Both the position numbers and the translations under genes were made by a program. Shown here one piece after another: positions 9,055-21,195 of a DNA stretch of 64,000 nt (positions within the stretch are counted from its first letter, which is position 1; every line of letters starts with the position of its first letter). Below the pieces are notes generated by a model. It was not told the origin of the DNA. It saw nothing but the letters and a program-made list of their open reading frames with translations, and ran no database searches. Source of the DNA: Candidatus Sulfomarinibacteraceae bacterium (lineage in GTDB: Bacteria; Acidobacteriota; Thermoanaerobaculia; Thermoanaerobaculales; Sulfomarinibacteraceae); the NCBI GenBank assembly GCA_963796455.1, contig CAWCLO010000004.1, positions 1,242,263 through 1,306,262 of the forward strand, written 5' to 3'.

Positions 9055-10371
9055 TCACTTGTTCCGCATCATCTCCTCGATCTCATCCGCCGCGGTCGGC
9101 AGATCAGATGACAGATTTTCCGCGCCATCCGCGGTAATCAGGAAATCGTTCTCGATCCGGACTCCAAGCGCCTCGGCCGGTATATAGATTCCCGGCTCAT
9201 TGGTGACCACCATGCCCGGCAGCAGGAGCGCCTCATCGGCCGCCCCCGGATCGTGGGCATCCAGTCCCAGCTGGTGGCCGAGACCATGGATGAAGTACTG
9301 CCCCATCTTGCCGCCGTCGGCATCGCGAACCGGCGAGTCCTCGAAGACGGCATAGGCGATCTTGCGAAGATCGAAGACCGATACTCCGGGCCTCATCGCC
9401 TCAGCAGCCCGGTCGTGGGCTTCGAGCACGAGATCGTAAACCTCGCGTTGGCGGTCGCTGAAACGACCGTTGGCCGGGTAGGTCCTGGTCAGATCGCCGC
9501 AGTAGTAGCCATATCGCGCACCGATGTCCACCACCACGAGTTCACCGTCCGAGCAGGTGTCCACATTCTGGTCGTAGTGCAGCGTGGTGGCGTTATATCC
9601 CGAACCGACGATCGATGGGAAGGCCAGGCCCTCCGCGCCGGCTGCCCGGAAGGCTGCATAGACCGCGCCATCGACCACGCCTTCACCGAGCCCCGGCGCG
9701 ATGGTCATTGCTGCCTGTCGTTGGCCGTCGATGGTCGCAGCAATGGCCTTCCGCATGAGCGTGACCTCGCCCTCGTCTTTGCTCACTCTGAGTGCGCTGA
9801 TCATGCCACCCACGTCCCTCGTCGCAAAACTCGGCATGCGCTCACTGAGCCGCGCCAGAAACCGGTGCGTCACCGGCAGTTCGGATGACGATCCGACGGG
9901 CTCGAGGATGGTGCACAATGCCGCATCGGGTTCAGCCAACCAACCCTGGAGTCGTCCTTCAAATCCCGGAACCGGTCTCCTCCGCGCATCGAGGACCATC
10001 TCAGATGGTGCCGTCGAGAGCACTTTACTGAAACCGAGTGCCTCCGCCGCTTCGTCCCCGGGCCCCCACTTGGGTCCCGTCCACCGTTCGACATTTTCGT
10101 CGCGGGGGGGAAGAAACAAGATGTCTCCATTTTCTTCCCCGGGTCGCAAGACGACGATAGCGTTCGGCAACTCCACCCCGCTGAGATAAAAGAAATTCGA
10201 ATCCTGGCGGAATGTTCCGACGTCGCCGTAGCCGCGATCATCGCCCGAACCCCAGATCACGATGGTGCCCTTGCCGACCTTTTCAGCCAACCGGCGTCTT
10301 CTATCGCGATAGATTTCCTTGGGTTGAAGTTCGGCTGCGTAGTTCCCGCCTCGCATGTCTTTCTTGCCCAT
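9055..10371 (-). CDS. pepP: Xaa-Pro aminopeptidase (M24B)
   Basis: FRQDSNFFYLSG N-domain; metal ligands in DIGA..YCGDLTRT, HGLGHQLGLDAHD, NEPGIY, GVRIEND; GGAGG RBS before ATG 10371. Confidence 0.88.
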   Translation of the reverse strand: MGKKDMRGGNYAAELQPKEIYRDRRRRLAEKVGKGTIVIWGSGDDRGYGDVGTFRQDSNFFYLSGVELPNAIVVLRPGEENGDILFLPPRDENVERWTGPKWGPGDEAAEALGFSKVLSTAPSEMVLDARRRPVPGFEGRLQGWLAEPDAALCTILEPVGSSSELPVTHRFLARLSERMPSFATRDVGGMISALRVSKDEGEVTLMRKAIAATIDGQRQAAMTIAPGLGEGVVDGAVYAAFRAAGAEGLAFPSIVGSGYNATTLHYDQNVDTCSDGELVVVDIGARYGYYCGDLTRTYPANGRFSDRQREVYDLVLEAHDRAAEAMRPGVSVFDLRKIAYAVFEDSPVRDADGGKMGQYFIHGLGHQLGLDAHDPGAADEALLLPGMVVTNEPGIYIPAEALGVRIENDFLITADGAENLSSDLPTAADEIEEMMRNK

Positions 10372-10432
10372 TCGATCCTCCAAGTAGTGCTGCGGCAGTC
10401 TACTTGGACGGAAAGCCGAATCCAACCTCGTC

Positions 10433-10525
10433 GAGGCTTGGGACCTGAGGCGTGGGGCTCGGGCTTACGAAGTCCTGGATGAATCTTAAGAACCTTCAAG
10501 TCCCAAGCCACAAGCCCCAAGCCTC
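10433..10525. repeat. Inverted degenerate heptamer arrays (GGCTTGG-type / CCAAGCC-type) between divergent genes
   Basis: gaggcttgggacctgaggcgtggggctcgggctt ... caagtcccaagccacaagccccaagcctc. Confidence 0.65.
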
Positions 10526-10584
10526 CGGTTTGTTGTTCTACAATCACTCAGCCGAGCGGAGGGCGCCGGCGTTTTGGAGGCTTC

Positions 10585-13200
10585 ATGAGAGCTCTTGTCG
10601 CAGTTTTGGCAATCATCCTGAGTTCGCCATTTGTTTTTGCATCCACGATCCCGACTCCGATCGAAGCCTTCGGCCATCAGGTCGGGGCCGATCACAAGAT
10701 GATTCCCTACTCGGACGTTCTCGATTACCTCTCGACGGTGGCTGCGGCCTCCGACCGGGTGTCCATCGAAGACGCGGGTAAGTCGACTCTCGACAACCCG
10801 ATGCGTGTTGTCGTTCTGACCTCCCCGGACAACCAGAAGAATCTCGAGCGAATTCGCGAGATCGCCCGCAAGATCGCCCGACCGGGTGATCTTTCGGAAG
10901 CCGAATCTCAGGCCTTGATCGACGAGGGCAAGGTCATCGCCCTGGTCACCCTCTCCATCCACTCCACCGAGGTGGGCAGCACCCAGATGATCTCCGAGTT
11001 CGTGCACGACTTCGCCACCACCGATGACCCGGAAAAGCTCGCGTGGATGGACGAGGCAGTCCTGATTGTCATGCCCTCGATCAACCCCGACGGGCAGGTG
11101 ATGGTGGTCGACTGGTACAACGAATGGTTGGGCACCGAGTACGAGGGCGGCCGTATGCCGTGGCTCTATCACCACTACGTCGGCCATGACAACAACCGCG
11201 ACTTTTACATGCTCACCCAAAAGGAAACCAAGATCGTCAACCAGGTGCTCTACCACCGCTGGTTTCCACAGTCCTTCCTCGACGAACACCAGATGGGTTC
11301 CACCGGGCCCCGGATGTTCGTGCCGCCGCAGACCGATCCACTGAATGACGAAGTGCATTCGCTGGTCTTCCGCCAGGCCGACATTCTCGGCACCAACATG
11401 AGCTTCCGACTCGAAGAAAACGAAAAAACCGGTGTCGGCCACAACATGATCTTCGATAGTTACTGGCCGGGCGGCACCCGCAACACAGCTTGGTGGAAAA
11501 ACGTCACCGGTCTCCTCACCGAGGTGGCAAGCGTCCGCATCGCCAGCCCCATCTATGTGGATCCCGGCGAGCTCCGCGGCGGCGGTAAGGGCTTTCCAGA
11601 ATACGGACGCCGCTCCAACTTCCCCTCGCCCTGGCCCGGCGGATGGTGGCGTCTCCGCGACATCGTCGAGTACGAGCTCATCGCCACCTGGGCGTACCTC
11701 GAGGCCAATGCCGAAAACCGCAAATCGATACTGAGCAACGTCAACCGCATGGCACGGTGGTCCATCAACAACGGCAAAAACGGGCCGCCTTACGGCTGGA
11801 TCGTTCCCCCGGGACAACACGACCCGGTGGCCGCAGCAAAGATGGTGGATCTCCTGATCGAGCACGGTATCGAGGTGAGCACCGCAACGGAGCCGGTCAC
11901 CGTCGGTTTCTCGGTCTATCCCGCCGGCACGACGGTCATCTCGGCGGCTCAGCCCTATCGACCGTTCCTCCTGACGATGTTGCGTCCGCAGCGCTACCCC
12001 GAGGTCAAGAACGCCACGGACGGAGGCATTCTGGCTCCTTATGACGTGGCCACATGGTCGTTGCCCATCTCCATGGGAGTGGATGTCGTGGAAGCTGATG
12101 TGCCCATTGACGCCGCCCTCACCACCCTGGACAAGGCCGTTCAACCGACGCCGCGGATTGATGGTGCCGCCGCCGGCCACCTGATTCCCGCGTCCGCCGA
12201 CAGTGTTTATCCGGCCATCAACCGGCTGCTCGCCGACGGCCGAAAGGTCTACCGCCTGGCTGCCGATTCCGAAGACGGAACCCGTGGCGACGTCTATATC
12301 CCCGCGGGCGAGATCCGTCCCGGCAAACTGGAAAAAATGGCCGGGGAGCTTCACCTGCCGGTGGAGCCGCTGGCCGAGGCGCCGGCGGGCGAGCTCCTGA
12401 CGATTGCCGGGGGTCGTGTCGGCCTCTTCAAGCCTTGGGTCGCCAGCATGGACGAAGGCTGGACGCGCTTCGTGCTCGAAAACTACGAATTTCCGCTGAC
12501 GACGGTCCCGAACGAGATGATCCGATCCGGCGGATTCACCGACGAGGTGGATGTGCTGCTCTTCCCCGATGTGGACCCCTCGATCATCGCCCGCGGCAAA
12601 CCCGATCCCGGGGGCCGAAGAGCGCGCTATTTTTCTCCCCTGCCCCCTAAATACAGCGGTGGCATCGACCACTGGGATGCGGACAACGGCGACGAAAAGA
12701 AGACAAAGGGCGGAAAACAGATCAAAGACTGGGTCGAGAACGGCGGCACGGTGGTCGCTCTGGATTCATCGACCGAGTACTTCATCGATCTCTTCAGCCT
12801 CCCGGTGAGCAACGTGCTGGACAAGGTCTCGCGCGACAGCTTCAACTGCCCGGGCTCGGCCCTCAAGGTCCACATGAACACCTCGAGCCCGTTGAGCTTT
12901 GGCATGGAGGACGAAGAGGCTGTCTACTTCGGCAGCTCGCCGGCCTTTCAGACCAGGGTGCCCGACGCCCGTTTCGGCCGAACGGTGGTCGCCCGCTACC
13001 CTGACGACCACCAGGACATCCTCGTGAGTGGTTTTCTCGAAGGCGCCAAACTGCTCGAAAAGAAGGCCGCCATGGTGGAGTTCACCGTCGGCAAGGGCCG
13101 TGTGATCCTGATCGGTTTCCGCGCCCAGCACCGGGCCCAGCCACTGCGAACATTTAAACTGCTTTTCAATTCTCTCTACGACCTGGAGGCCTCGGAGTAA
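10585..13200 (+). CDS. Secreted M14 zinc carboxypeptidase-family protein with C-terminal GATase-like domain
   Basis: Signal peptide; IHSTE (HxxE), NPDG, DNNRD, DEHQMG; GGAGG RBS. Confidence 0.88.
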   Translation: MRALVAVLAIILSSPFVFASTIPTPIEAFGHQVGADHKMIPYSDVLDYLSTVAAASDRVSIEDAGKSTLDNPMRVVVLTSPDNQKNLERIREIARKIARPGDLSEAESQALIDEGKVIALVTLSIHSTEVGSTQMISEFVHDFATTDDPEKLAWMDEAVLIVMPSINPDGQVMVVDWYNEWLGTEYEGGRMPWLYHHYVGHDNNRDFYMLTQKETKIVNQVLYHRWFPQSFLDEHQMGSTGPRMFVPPQTDPLNDEVHSLVFRQADILGTNMSFRLEENEKTGVGHNMIFDSYWPGGTRNTAWWKNVTGLLTEVASVRIASPIYVDPGELRGGGKGFPEYGRRSNFPSPWPGGWWRLRDIVEYELIATWAYLEANAENRKSILSNVNRMARWSINNGKNGPPYGWIVPPGQHDPVAAAKMVDLLIEHGIEVSTATEPVTVGFSVYPAGTTVISAAQPYRPFLLTMLRPQRYPEVKNATDGGILAPYDVATWSLPISMGVDVVEADVPIDAALTTLDKAVQPTPRIDGAAAGHLIPASADSVYPAINRLLADGRKVYRLAADSEDGTRGDVYIPAGEIRPGKLEKMAGELHLPVEPLAEAPAGELLTIAGGRVGLFKPWVASMDEGWTRFVLENYEFPLTTVPNEMIRSGGFTDEVDVLLFPDVDPSIIARGKPDPGGRRARYFSPLPPKYSGGIDHWDADNGDEKKTKGGKQIKDWVENGGTVVALDSSTEYFIDLFSLPVSNVLDKVSRDSFNCPGSALKVHMNTSSPLSFGMEDEEAVYFGSSPAFQTRVPDARFGRTVVARYPDDHQDILVSGFLEGAKLLEKKAAMVEFTVGKGRVILIGFRAQHRAQPLRTFKLLFNSLYDLEASE

Positions 13201-13402
13201 AACCGTTCAAATCGACTGGTCCTGCTTCGACTCGTTCCATCTCCGTTGGTTGAGATGTTGAACGCCGGGAAGACGGGAGGCTGAGGATAAAGGATGGGTC
13301 ATTTGATCATCGCCAGATCACCGTCCGTGTCCTCGATCTTGCAACAGCAGCCCGAAACCCCCAATATTCAGATGTGGTGACGCTGCGAAAAAAGGGGGAC
13401 TC

Positions 13403-14961
13403 ATGTTCGGTGACAGCTCTCGGATGAGGCAACGGGCGGTGGGCTTCGCCTTGGCAACAGTTGTTGCGCTCTGTCTTTCTTGCGCCGCCCCGGAGGAACC
13501 GGGCAGACCCAACATCCTATTCATCGCCGTAGACGATCTCCGCCCCGAATTCGGCTGCTATGGCGCCGAGTCCATGGTGAGCCCGAATATCGACCGGCTC
13601 GCCGCCGAGCGTCTGATCTTCACCGGGCCTATTGCCAACAGCCGTCTGCAACCCATCCCGCGCCAGCCTGATGACCGGCTTACGACCCGACACCCTCCGA
13701 GTCTGGGACTTAAAACCGATATCCGCGAACCCAACCCCGAGCGTTGTCACCCTCCCAGCATTTCAAACACCACGGCTACTACCCGTGGGCATCGGCAAGA
13801 TCTACCACAACAACAACCCCGATCATGCCACGTGGAGCGAAGAGAAGCTGTACATCGACGGCTATCCCTTCGACCCCGACGCGGTGTACCGGGGTGAAGA
13901 GGGCATCCGCGGTCAGGAAGAAAAAGGCGCGACTGATCGAAGCCGGCAAAGAGGCGCATCGATCGATTCGGCAAATGGTACTTGAAATCCGAGGCCACCG
14001 AAAACGTCGACATGCCCGACAACGGCGTACTATGACGGTGCGCAGACCGACGTGGCGATCGAGAAGCTCGCCGAACTCCAGCCGAAGGCAAGCCGTTCTT
14101 CTTCGCCGTTGGTTATTATCGGCCCCATCTGCCATTCAACGCCCCACAAAAATACTGGGATCTTTACGACCGCGAGCGAGATCCCGTTGGCAGCGAATCC
14201 CGATCTTCCCGACGGTCTGCCTTCAATGGCGATCAACAATCTGCGTGAGATTCGCGGATACACCGGTTTTCGGGACCTCGAACACCCCACGGTCGGCAGC
14301 CTCGACGAGGAACGCTCCCGCCTGCTTCGACACGGCTATTTCGCCTCGGTGAGCTATGTGGATGCCCAGGTCGGGCAGGCTCCTGAACGCCCTCGAAGAG
14401 CTCGGTCTGGATGAGAACACCATCGTCATACTTTGGGGCGATCACGGGTGGAAGCTCGGCGAGCACAACAGTTGGTGCAAGATGACGAATTTGGAGATCG
14501 ACGCCCGGGTACCGCTCATTCTCCGTGTGCCCGACATGACAAACGTTGGTGCGATCACCAAAGGTTTGGTGGAGTTTGTCGATGTCTACCCCACTCTCTG
14601 CGATCTCACCGGCGTTCCGGTCCCGCCGGACATTGAGGGAACGAGCTTCAAACCGCTTATCGACGATCCCACCCGAGCCTGGAAAAAAGCAGCATTCACG
14701 CAGTTTCTTCGTGAGGGAGTCTGGATCGATCCGGACGGCGTGGAATACATGGGCTACTCGGTCCGCACTGATCGATTCCGTTACACCGAGTGGCTGGACT
14801 GGGAAACTGGAGAACTGAAGGCTACCGAACTCTATGATCACGAGACCGATCCATCGGAGACCGCGAATGTCGCCGGCGATACAGACTACGCCGGTTCGTT
14901 GCAGCAGATGGCTGAGATTCTCGACGCGGGTTGGACCGCAGCCGCTCCCGAAGTCCGGTAG
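13403..14961 (+). pseudogene. Formylglycine-dependent sulfatase (iduronate-2-sulfatase-like) broken by many frameshifts (pseudogene or assembly errors)
   Basis: Fragments in alternating frames: [72 protein letters not shown]. Confidence 0.85.
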
Positions 14962-15014
14962 GCAGAAGCGGACACCCCTCCGAAGGCCCAGTCCGGCAGA
15001 CGTCAGCTCGGTGC

Positions 15015-15500
15015 CTATTCGGACTGTGTTTCCAACTCCTTGATCTCTTCCGCAAAATCGCGAGCCAGATCGTTCGGGATCGGAATCGTCAGGTTGTATT
15101 GCGTGAAACGCCAGCCCCGGTCAGATAGGACCAATACGCCGGTGCCGCGACAGGTTCCATAGTTCTCGTTCGAGAGCATCTCGTCGAACCAGGCGGTTTT
15201 GCCGTCCGCTGAAAAAAAGATGTTGCGCTCGGTCTTGGTGTAGGTCCAACCGCGCCCCTTGGAAAAATAGGGCTCGGCAAAGGCCTTGAAGTCATCCACC
15301 GACCAGCGCTCGGTTGCATCCGTACCCATGAACACGGCGTCGTCGGTGAAGAGACTGAAATAGAGCTCCCCGTTCGCCTCTGACGCGGCCGTGTGAAGGG
15401 CCGTCAGAACCGCGTCAACATCCTTTTCGGGATTCTCCGCCGCCACCGTCGCAGCCATTGCCAGTAAAGCGACCACCGCGAACACAGTCTGTTTCTTCAT
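15015..15500 (-). CDS. Secreted SnoaL/NTF2-like protein
   Basis: Signal peptide; YFSLFTDDAVFMGTDATERW...AWFDE...RGTGVL...W.FTQYNL pattern. Confidence 0.8.
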   Translation of the reverse strand: MKKQTVFAVVALLAMAATVAAENPEKDVDAVLTALHTAASEANGELYFSLFTDDAVFMGTDATERWSVDDFKAFAEPYFSKGRGWTYTKTERNIFFSADGKTAWFDEMLSNENYGTCRGTGVLVLSDRGWRFTQYNLTIPIPNDLARDFAEEIKELETQSE

Positions 15501-15510
15501 TCCATCCTCC

Positions 15511-16710
15511 CTACAAAAATTCCAGGATTCGCCCGATGGCGGACACCAGACCGCGCAGACCCAGGGCCACGCTGACCAGCACGACTGCTCCCATCGCCAC
15601 GTTCTGCCACTTCGAGTTCACGCCGCTTGCGCCGAGGAACGAGCGATCGTTCATGGCCATCCACAGAAAAACCGCCACCAGGGGCAGCAGAAGGCCGTTG
15701 AAGGCCTGGGCCAGAATGATCACCGGCACCGGCCGCACACCGGCTATTCCAAAAAACATCCCGGCGAGCAGGACGCCCAGCCACACCAGACGGAATCGGG
15801 TGCTTCGAGTCGACCACCCCTCCTCACCCGCGCCACCGAGCAGAGATCGCGAAGCGAGCGCGGCGGCCAGCGGCGCGGTGATCGCCGAGGTGAACCCTGC
15901 GGCGAAGAGACCGATCGCCAACGACACCCCGGCCCACGACCCGAGCCGCTGATCGAGCAGCGCCGCCAGGCGGTCGTATTCGAGCCCGCCACCAAGAGCG
16001 CTGCCGACGACCATGACCCCGAGTGAGATCACTCCACCACCGATCACCGCCACTGCGAGTCCCGAGCGCATTTCGGAAAGACCGCTGTCCCGGGCCAGGG
16101 CCGAACCGAGAAAGAGGTTGTAGGGAACCACCGTCGTCCCGACCAGACCGAGGACGAGAACGGTTGCGCCGGTTGGAATTCTGGGAATCGTCAGACCCGC
16201 CGCCAGTTCTGCAAGATCGGGCCCCAGGCGAAAGGCGGTGATCAGAAACAGAAGGCCCATGAGGGCCACCAGAGCTCCAAGCCCACGGGCGATCCAGCGG
16301 GTGTTGCCGGTGGCGAGCAGCGCGGCGGCACCGATCCCGCAGGCGAGCGTCAGCAGCGCCGGCGGCAGATCCCAGATCAGCCGCAGACCGGCGACTCCAC
16401 CGAGCAGATTACCCGCCTCATAGGCCGCACACCCGAGGATGATTCCTGCCGCCACGATCGTGGGCACCCAACGCCATCGTGATTTCGAGAACCTGAAACG
16501 GATGGCCTCACCGAGTTCTTTGCCGGTGAGCACGGTGATTCTTCCCGAGGCTTCCTGCAGCACCAGACAAGCGATGACCGAAAAAAGCAGCGACCACGCC
16601 AGCGCAAAAACGAAGTCGCTTCCAGCCCGCGCGGCCGTCGTGATCGTCCCCGGCCCGATAAATGCCGCGGCGATCACCGACCAGAAAAGGACGTTGAGAA
16701 GGCGCTTCAT
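15511..16710 (-). CDS. NRAMP-superfamily transporter (YcsG-like)
   Basis: AAFIGPGTITT, GTTVVPYNLFL and about 11 TM helices; lacks the DPGN motif of canonical MntH. Confidence 0.82.
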   Translation of the reverse strand: MKRLLNVLFWSVIAAAFIGPGTITTAARAGSDFVFALAWSLLFSVIACLVLQEASGRITVLTGKELGEAIRFRFSKSRWRWVPTIVAAGIILGCAAYEAGNLLGGVAGLRLIWDLPPALLTLACGIGAAALLATGNTRWIARGLGALVALMGLLFLITAFRLGPDLAELAAGLTIPRIPTGATVLVLGLVGTTVVPYNLFLGSALARDSGLSEMRSGLAVAVIGGGVISLGVMVVGSALGGGLEYDRLAALLDQRLGSWAGVSLAIGLFAAGFTSAITAPLAAALASRSLLGGAGEEGWSTRSTRFRLVWLGVLLAGMFFGIAGVRPVPVIILAQAFNGLLLPLVAVFLWMAMNDRSFLGASGVNSKWQNVAMGAVVLVSVALGLRGLVSAIGRILEFL

Positions 16711-16749
16711 TCAGGAAACCCCTTTCCCGCGTCCGAGTCCGGAGAACCC

Positions 16750-17180
<431 letters not shown>

Positions 17181-17208
17181 GGGACGGAAACGAGGCGATC
17201 GGCGTGGC

Positions 17209-20200
17209 TCATTCAGGAATTCCCCATCCCCCGCCACCGGGGGTCTCCAGCACGAGCCGGTCGCCCTCCCTGACGGTGCATCCGTCGATTCCGCGGAGGT
17301 CGCGGCGGGTGCCATCGGCAGAAATGATGACCTGACGCCCCACTTTGCCGTCACTGCCACCGGCCATACCGAAGGGCTCGCTCACCCGGTGCTGGGAGAG
17401 AATCGAAAACTCGAGATCGTCGAGGAATTCAATTTCTCGGACCAATCCCTCACCGCCGCACCACCGCCCGTCCCCACCCGAGCCCTTTCTCAGAGCGAAG
17501 CGGTGAAGGCGGACCGGGTAGCGGTGCTCGATCACCTCGGGGTCGGTGATCCTGGTGTTGGTCATGTGGCTGTGAACACCGCTCTCGCCGTCGAAACCCT
17601 GCACGGCTCCGCTCCCGCCACCGATGGTCTCGTAGTAGCCGAAGTCCTGGTTGCCGAAGGTGATGTTGTTCATCGTGCCCTGGCTGCAGGCGGCCAGTTG
17701 CAATGCCTCGATCAGGGTATCGACCAATCGCTGGCTGGTTTCCACGTTGCCTCCGACCACTGCGGGGCAGAGTTCCGGATCATCGACATAGGGTGGATTG
17801 AGCATTCCCTCGGGAATCCTGATTTCGACCGGTTCGAGCAGACCCTCGTTGAGCGGCAACTCCTCCTCCACCAGCAAACGCATCACATACATCGTGACGC
17901 TGTGGACGATGGCGGGGGTGGCATTGAGGTTTCCTGGATGAACCGACGCGCTGCCGGAAAAATCGAGGACGGCCGAATCTCCGTCGATCGTGAACGCCGC
18001 ACACAACGGCGCCCCGTCATCGAGCAGTTGCCGGCCCCGATGCACTCCATTCGACAAACGCCCGAGGGCCAGCCGGACCTGTTGGGCCGCCTGGAGGCGA
18101 AGCTCGTCCATGTGGTGCACGACGTGGTCGAACCCGACTCGTGCCGCGAGCCGCTTGAGGGCTTCCCGGCCGCGAAAGATCGCCGCAAGCATCGCCCGAA
18201 GATCAGCCAGATTGTCATCGAGGGTACGCGTCGGATAGGGGCCCCCGCTCAGCATTTTTTCGAGGCGGCGCCACCTGGGTTTGTCGCCCTCCATGAGAAG
18301 AGTCGGCGGCAGCACCACTCCCTCTTCGACCAGCGAGTGGGCATCCGGTGGGACCGATCCGGGCCGGATGCCTCCGATCTCGGCATGGTGCGCCCGACAG
18401 GCCACATAGCCCAACAACCGCTCACCTTCATGAACCGGCGCGACCAGCGTCACATCCGGGAGATGGGAGCCGCCAAAGGCCGGGTGATTGGTCACGACCA
18501 CATCGCCGGGCTTCATCGGCCGGTGCGCAACAAGCTGACGGACACAGAGACCCATCGCACCGAGATGGACCGGGATGTGCGGTGCGTTGACCACCAGACG
18601 GCCCTCAGGATCGAGCAACGTACAGGAAAAGTCCTCGCGTTCTTTGATATTGGTCGAAATCGCCGTGCGTTTGAGCAACTCGCCCATCTCGGTCGCGATC
18701 GATGAAAAACGGTGGCTCATGAGTTCGAGTTCGACCGCCTCGGGCCGGCTCGTCCGGTCCGCAATCTCGCCGGCCGACGAGACCTCGGAATCGCGGGAGA
18801 CACTCACACCGCCATCACCGAGGCTTTCGGCCCGCCACCCGCCGGGAAGGACCAGCGCGCTGTGCTCCTGTTGAATCAAGGCCGGACCTTCAACCACCGA
18901 CCCTGTGGCGAAATCCGCCACCTCATGACATCCGACTTCACGCCAGGAACCATCGAGAAAACAACTCTGGGTCCTTGTCACAGGTGCGGCGGCCCAATCA
19001 AAGGAACCTTCCGTCGAAACGGGCACCTCTTCTTCGCGGAGACTTCGAATCACGACCCGGAGTGAAACGACCTCGATTCCCCGGCCGGCCGGGCGATAGG
19101 AAAAAAGCTTGTAGTAGGCGTCTTCGAACTGGCGGCCGAGATCACCTTCCGGTTCAGGCTCGATTTCCAGTGACGCGTCCTGACCGGCGTAACGCAGTTC
19201 GAGGATTCTCCGCGGTGCGTCGATCGATGCGTCATCAACCCCCTCCCGAACGAGCGCGACGGTCGCCTCGGTCTGGAGCTCTGCAAACCAGGCGTCGAGG
19301 GTGTCCGCCACATCTTCAAGAGGCCTGAGCACCTCGCGTTGGGAAAACCGTTCGATCACTGCGTGCCCGAGACCCAGGGCACTCAAAAGCCCGGCATCGC
19401 CCGGCAGGAGAACCCTTTCGATTCCCAGGATCTCCGCCACCCGGCAGGCGTGTTGCCCGCCGGCGCCGCCGAAGGCCACCAGTGCATACCCCGCGGGGTC
19501 GACCCCCTTGCGAACCGAGATGTGGCGGATCGCCTCGGCCATCCGTTCATCGGCGATTCTGAGCAGACCTTCGAGAATCTCCTCGTCGCTCTCCGATCCG
19601 CCGAGATCCTTCTTGAGGTCCGCAAAGGCGGCGCGCGCTGCTTCGAGATCGACCGGGATCGGAAACCTCTCCGGCACCAGACGTCCGAGAAGCAGGTTCA
19701 CATCGGTCAACGACAGCGGACCGCCGGCGCCATACGAGGCCGGCCCGGGATCAGCCCCCGCACTCTCCGGACCGACCGCGAGCCGCCCCCGCTCGACCCG
19801 GCAGATCGAACCTCCGCCCGCCGCAACGGTCTCGATGGCGAGGGCGGGCACGGCCAGAGAAACCGGCCCAACCTGATGTGAAAACACGTACTCGAAGTCA
19901 CCGTCATACTTCGAGACATCGGTGCTGGTTCCCCCCATATCGAAAGCAATGATCTTGGCGGCGTGGTTTCGGCGCCCGGTCAAGGCGGCGCCGACAACCC
20001 CTCCGGCCGGTCCGCTCAAGAGGCTATCCATCGAGTGATAGTTGGCAGCACTGACCAACCCGCCCGCACTGGTCATCACGTGCAGAGACGACTCATCGTG
20101 CGACAACCCGATGGTGACTGCATCCAGATAGTTTGTAATCACCGGGCCCAGATAGGCATCGGTCGCGCAGGTCTCCGACCGGCGCAACAGCCCTTGAAAC

Positions 20201-20997
20201 GGGCTCAGCGTGCTCGACCGGGCGACATATTCAAAACCCGCGTCGACCAGGATCTCCTCGAGCATCTCCTCGTGTTTCGGGTTGCGATGACCGTGGAGCA
20301 AGGTGATGCTCGCACAGAGAAAACCATCTCCTGACAATTCGGCCACGTCCCGACGAACCTTCTCCGGATCCATCTCGCGCAGGACCTCTCCCGCAGCCGA
20401 CATTCGTTCTTCAACCCCGACAACCCGCTCCGGGAGTGGATCGGGTCGGACGATGTGGAGGGCAAAAAGATCAGGACGGTGTTGATCACCGATGTGAAGA
20501 AGATCCTCGAAACCCGCGGTGATGAAGTGGGCCATCCTTGCTCCACCGCGTTCGAGCAACGCGTTGGTCCCCCGGGTCGTGGCGAGCCGCAAGGCAACCG
20601 GTGGCAGCTCCCGATCGAGGGGCGTCGAGGTGATCAGTCGGGCGGCGAGCAGCGGCGCCTCTTCACCCGATCGGAGCTCCACAGAATCTCCGATCCGAAA
20701 TGCCGATTCATCGATGCTGCGTAAAACAACCGCCCCACGGTTTCGATCATGGGAAACGATCTCGAACCCTTCACCATCCCCGAGCACCGCGATGCGAAAA
20801 CCGTTCAAAAAATTTTCAGGAAGGTCCGACGCACCTTCGAGGGCGAGCGTCCCGTCATTTTCGATCTTTGTGATGCGGTCACGAAGCGACCCACTCGAAA
20901 GGACTTTGCAGCGCCGCATCCGCCCTTCCGGATCGCGGGCGATGCAATCAGTAAAAGTCCCGCCGGTATCGATCCAGATTTGCCAGGGCGTCACCAA
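17209..20997 (-). CDS. Fused hydantoinase A/B, ATP-dependent 5-oxoprolinase (OplA/OPLAH-type)
   Basis: [71 protein letters not shown]. Confidence 0.92.
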   Translation of the reverse strand: MVTPWQIWIDTGGTFTDCIARDPEGRMRRCKVLSSGSLRDRITKIENDGTLALEGASDLPENFLNGFRIAVLGDGEGFEIVSHDRNRGAVVLRSIDESAFRIGDSVELRSGEEAPLLAARLITSTPLDRELPPVALRLATTRGTNALLERGGARMAHFITAGFEDLLHIGDQHRPDLFALHIVRPDPLPERVVGVEERMSAAGEVLREMDPEKVRRDVAELSGDGFLCASITLLHGHRNPKHEEMLEEILVDAGFEYVARSSTLSPFQGLLRRSETCATDAYLGPVITNYLDAVTIGLSHDESSLHVMTSAGGLVSAANYHSMDSLLSGPAGGVVGAALTGRRNHAAKIIAFDMGGTSTDVSKYDGDFEYVFSHQVGPVSLAVPALAIETVAAGGGSICRVERGRLAVGPESAGADPGPASYGAGGPLSLTDVNLLLGRLVPERFPIPVDLEAARAAFADLKKDLGGSESDEEILEGLLRIADERMAEAIRHISVRKGVDPAGYALVAFGGAGGQHACRVAEILGIERVLLPGDAGLLSALGLGHAVIERFSQREVLRPLEDVADTLDAWFAELQTEATVALVREGVDDASIDAPRRILELRYAGQDASLEIEPEPEGDLGRQFEDAYYKLFSYRPAGRGIEVVSLRVVIRSLREEEVPVSTEGSFDWAAAPVTRTQSCFLDGSWREVGCHEVADFATGSVVEGPALIQQEHSALVLPGGWRAESLGDGGVSVSRDSEVSSAGEIADRTSRPEAVELELMSHRFSSIATEMGELLKRTAISTNIKEREDFSCTLLDPEGRLVVNAPHIPVHLGAMGLCVRQLVAHRPMKPGDVVVTNHPAFGGSHLPDVTLVAPVHEGERLLGYVACRAHHAEIGGIRPGSVPPDAHSLVEEGVVLPPTLLMEGDKPRWRRLEKMLSGGPYPTRTLDDNLADLRAMLAAIFRGREALKRLAARVGFDHVVHHMDELRLQAAQQVRLALGRLSNGVHRGRQLLDDGAPLCAAFTIDGDSAVLDFSGSASVHPGNLNATPAIVHSVTMYVMRLLVEEELPLNEGLLEPVEIRIPEGMLNPPYVDDPELCPAVVGGNVETSQRLVDTLIEALQLAACSQGTMNNITFGNQDFGYYETIGGGSGAVQGFDGESGVHSHMTNTRITDPEVIEHRYPVRLHRFALRKGSGGDGRWCGGEGLVREIEFLDDLEFSILSQHRVSEPFGMAGGSDGKVGRQVIISADGTRRDLRGIDGCTVREGDRLVLETPGGGGWGIPE

Positions 20998-21039
20998 CTT
21001 TCCCTCGCGGGATGGTCCATAGTTGGCCGAATCGCACGT

Positions 21040-21195
21040 TGTGGTGCGGCCGTCCCGGCCTCACGTCTCGAGGTTGCCCCGACAAAGTGCGGGCGAGACG
21101 CCCGCACCACAAAAGCCATCTCAAACTCGTGTGGGGCCGGTGTTTCGCGAGGAGGCCGGGTGAGCGTCATCCCTAATTCCTAATTCCTAATTCTT
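21040..21195. repeat. GTGG-type REP doublet (21040-21111) plus TTAGGAA heptamer array (21170-21195) at the DUF2891 stop
   Basis: tgtggtgcggccgtcccggcctcac ... gtgcgggcgagacgcccgcaccac; ccctaattcctaattcctaattct. Confidence 0.7.

Noticed and set aside
10486..12672. Long antisense or alternate-frame ORFs (also 6538-7977, 17014-18705, 24260-25660, 46621-47988 and the 37050-37853 extension)
   Set aside because: Shadow ORFs of high-GC genes with clear motifs on the other strand; no recognisable domains.
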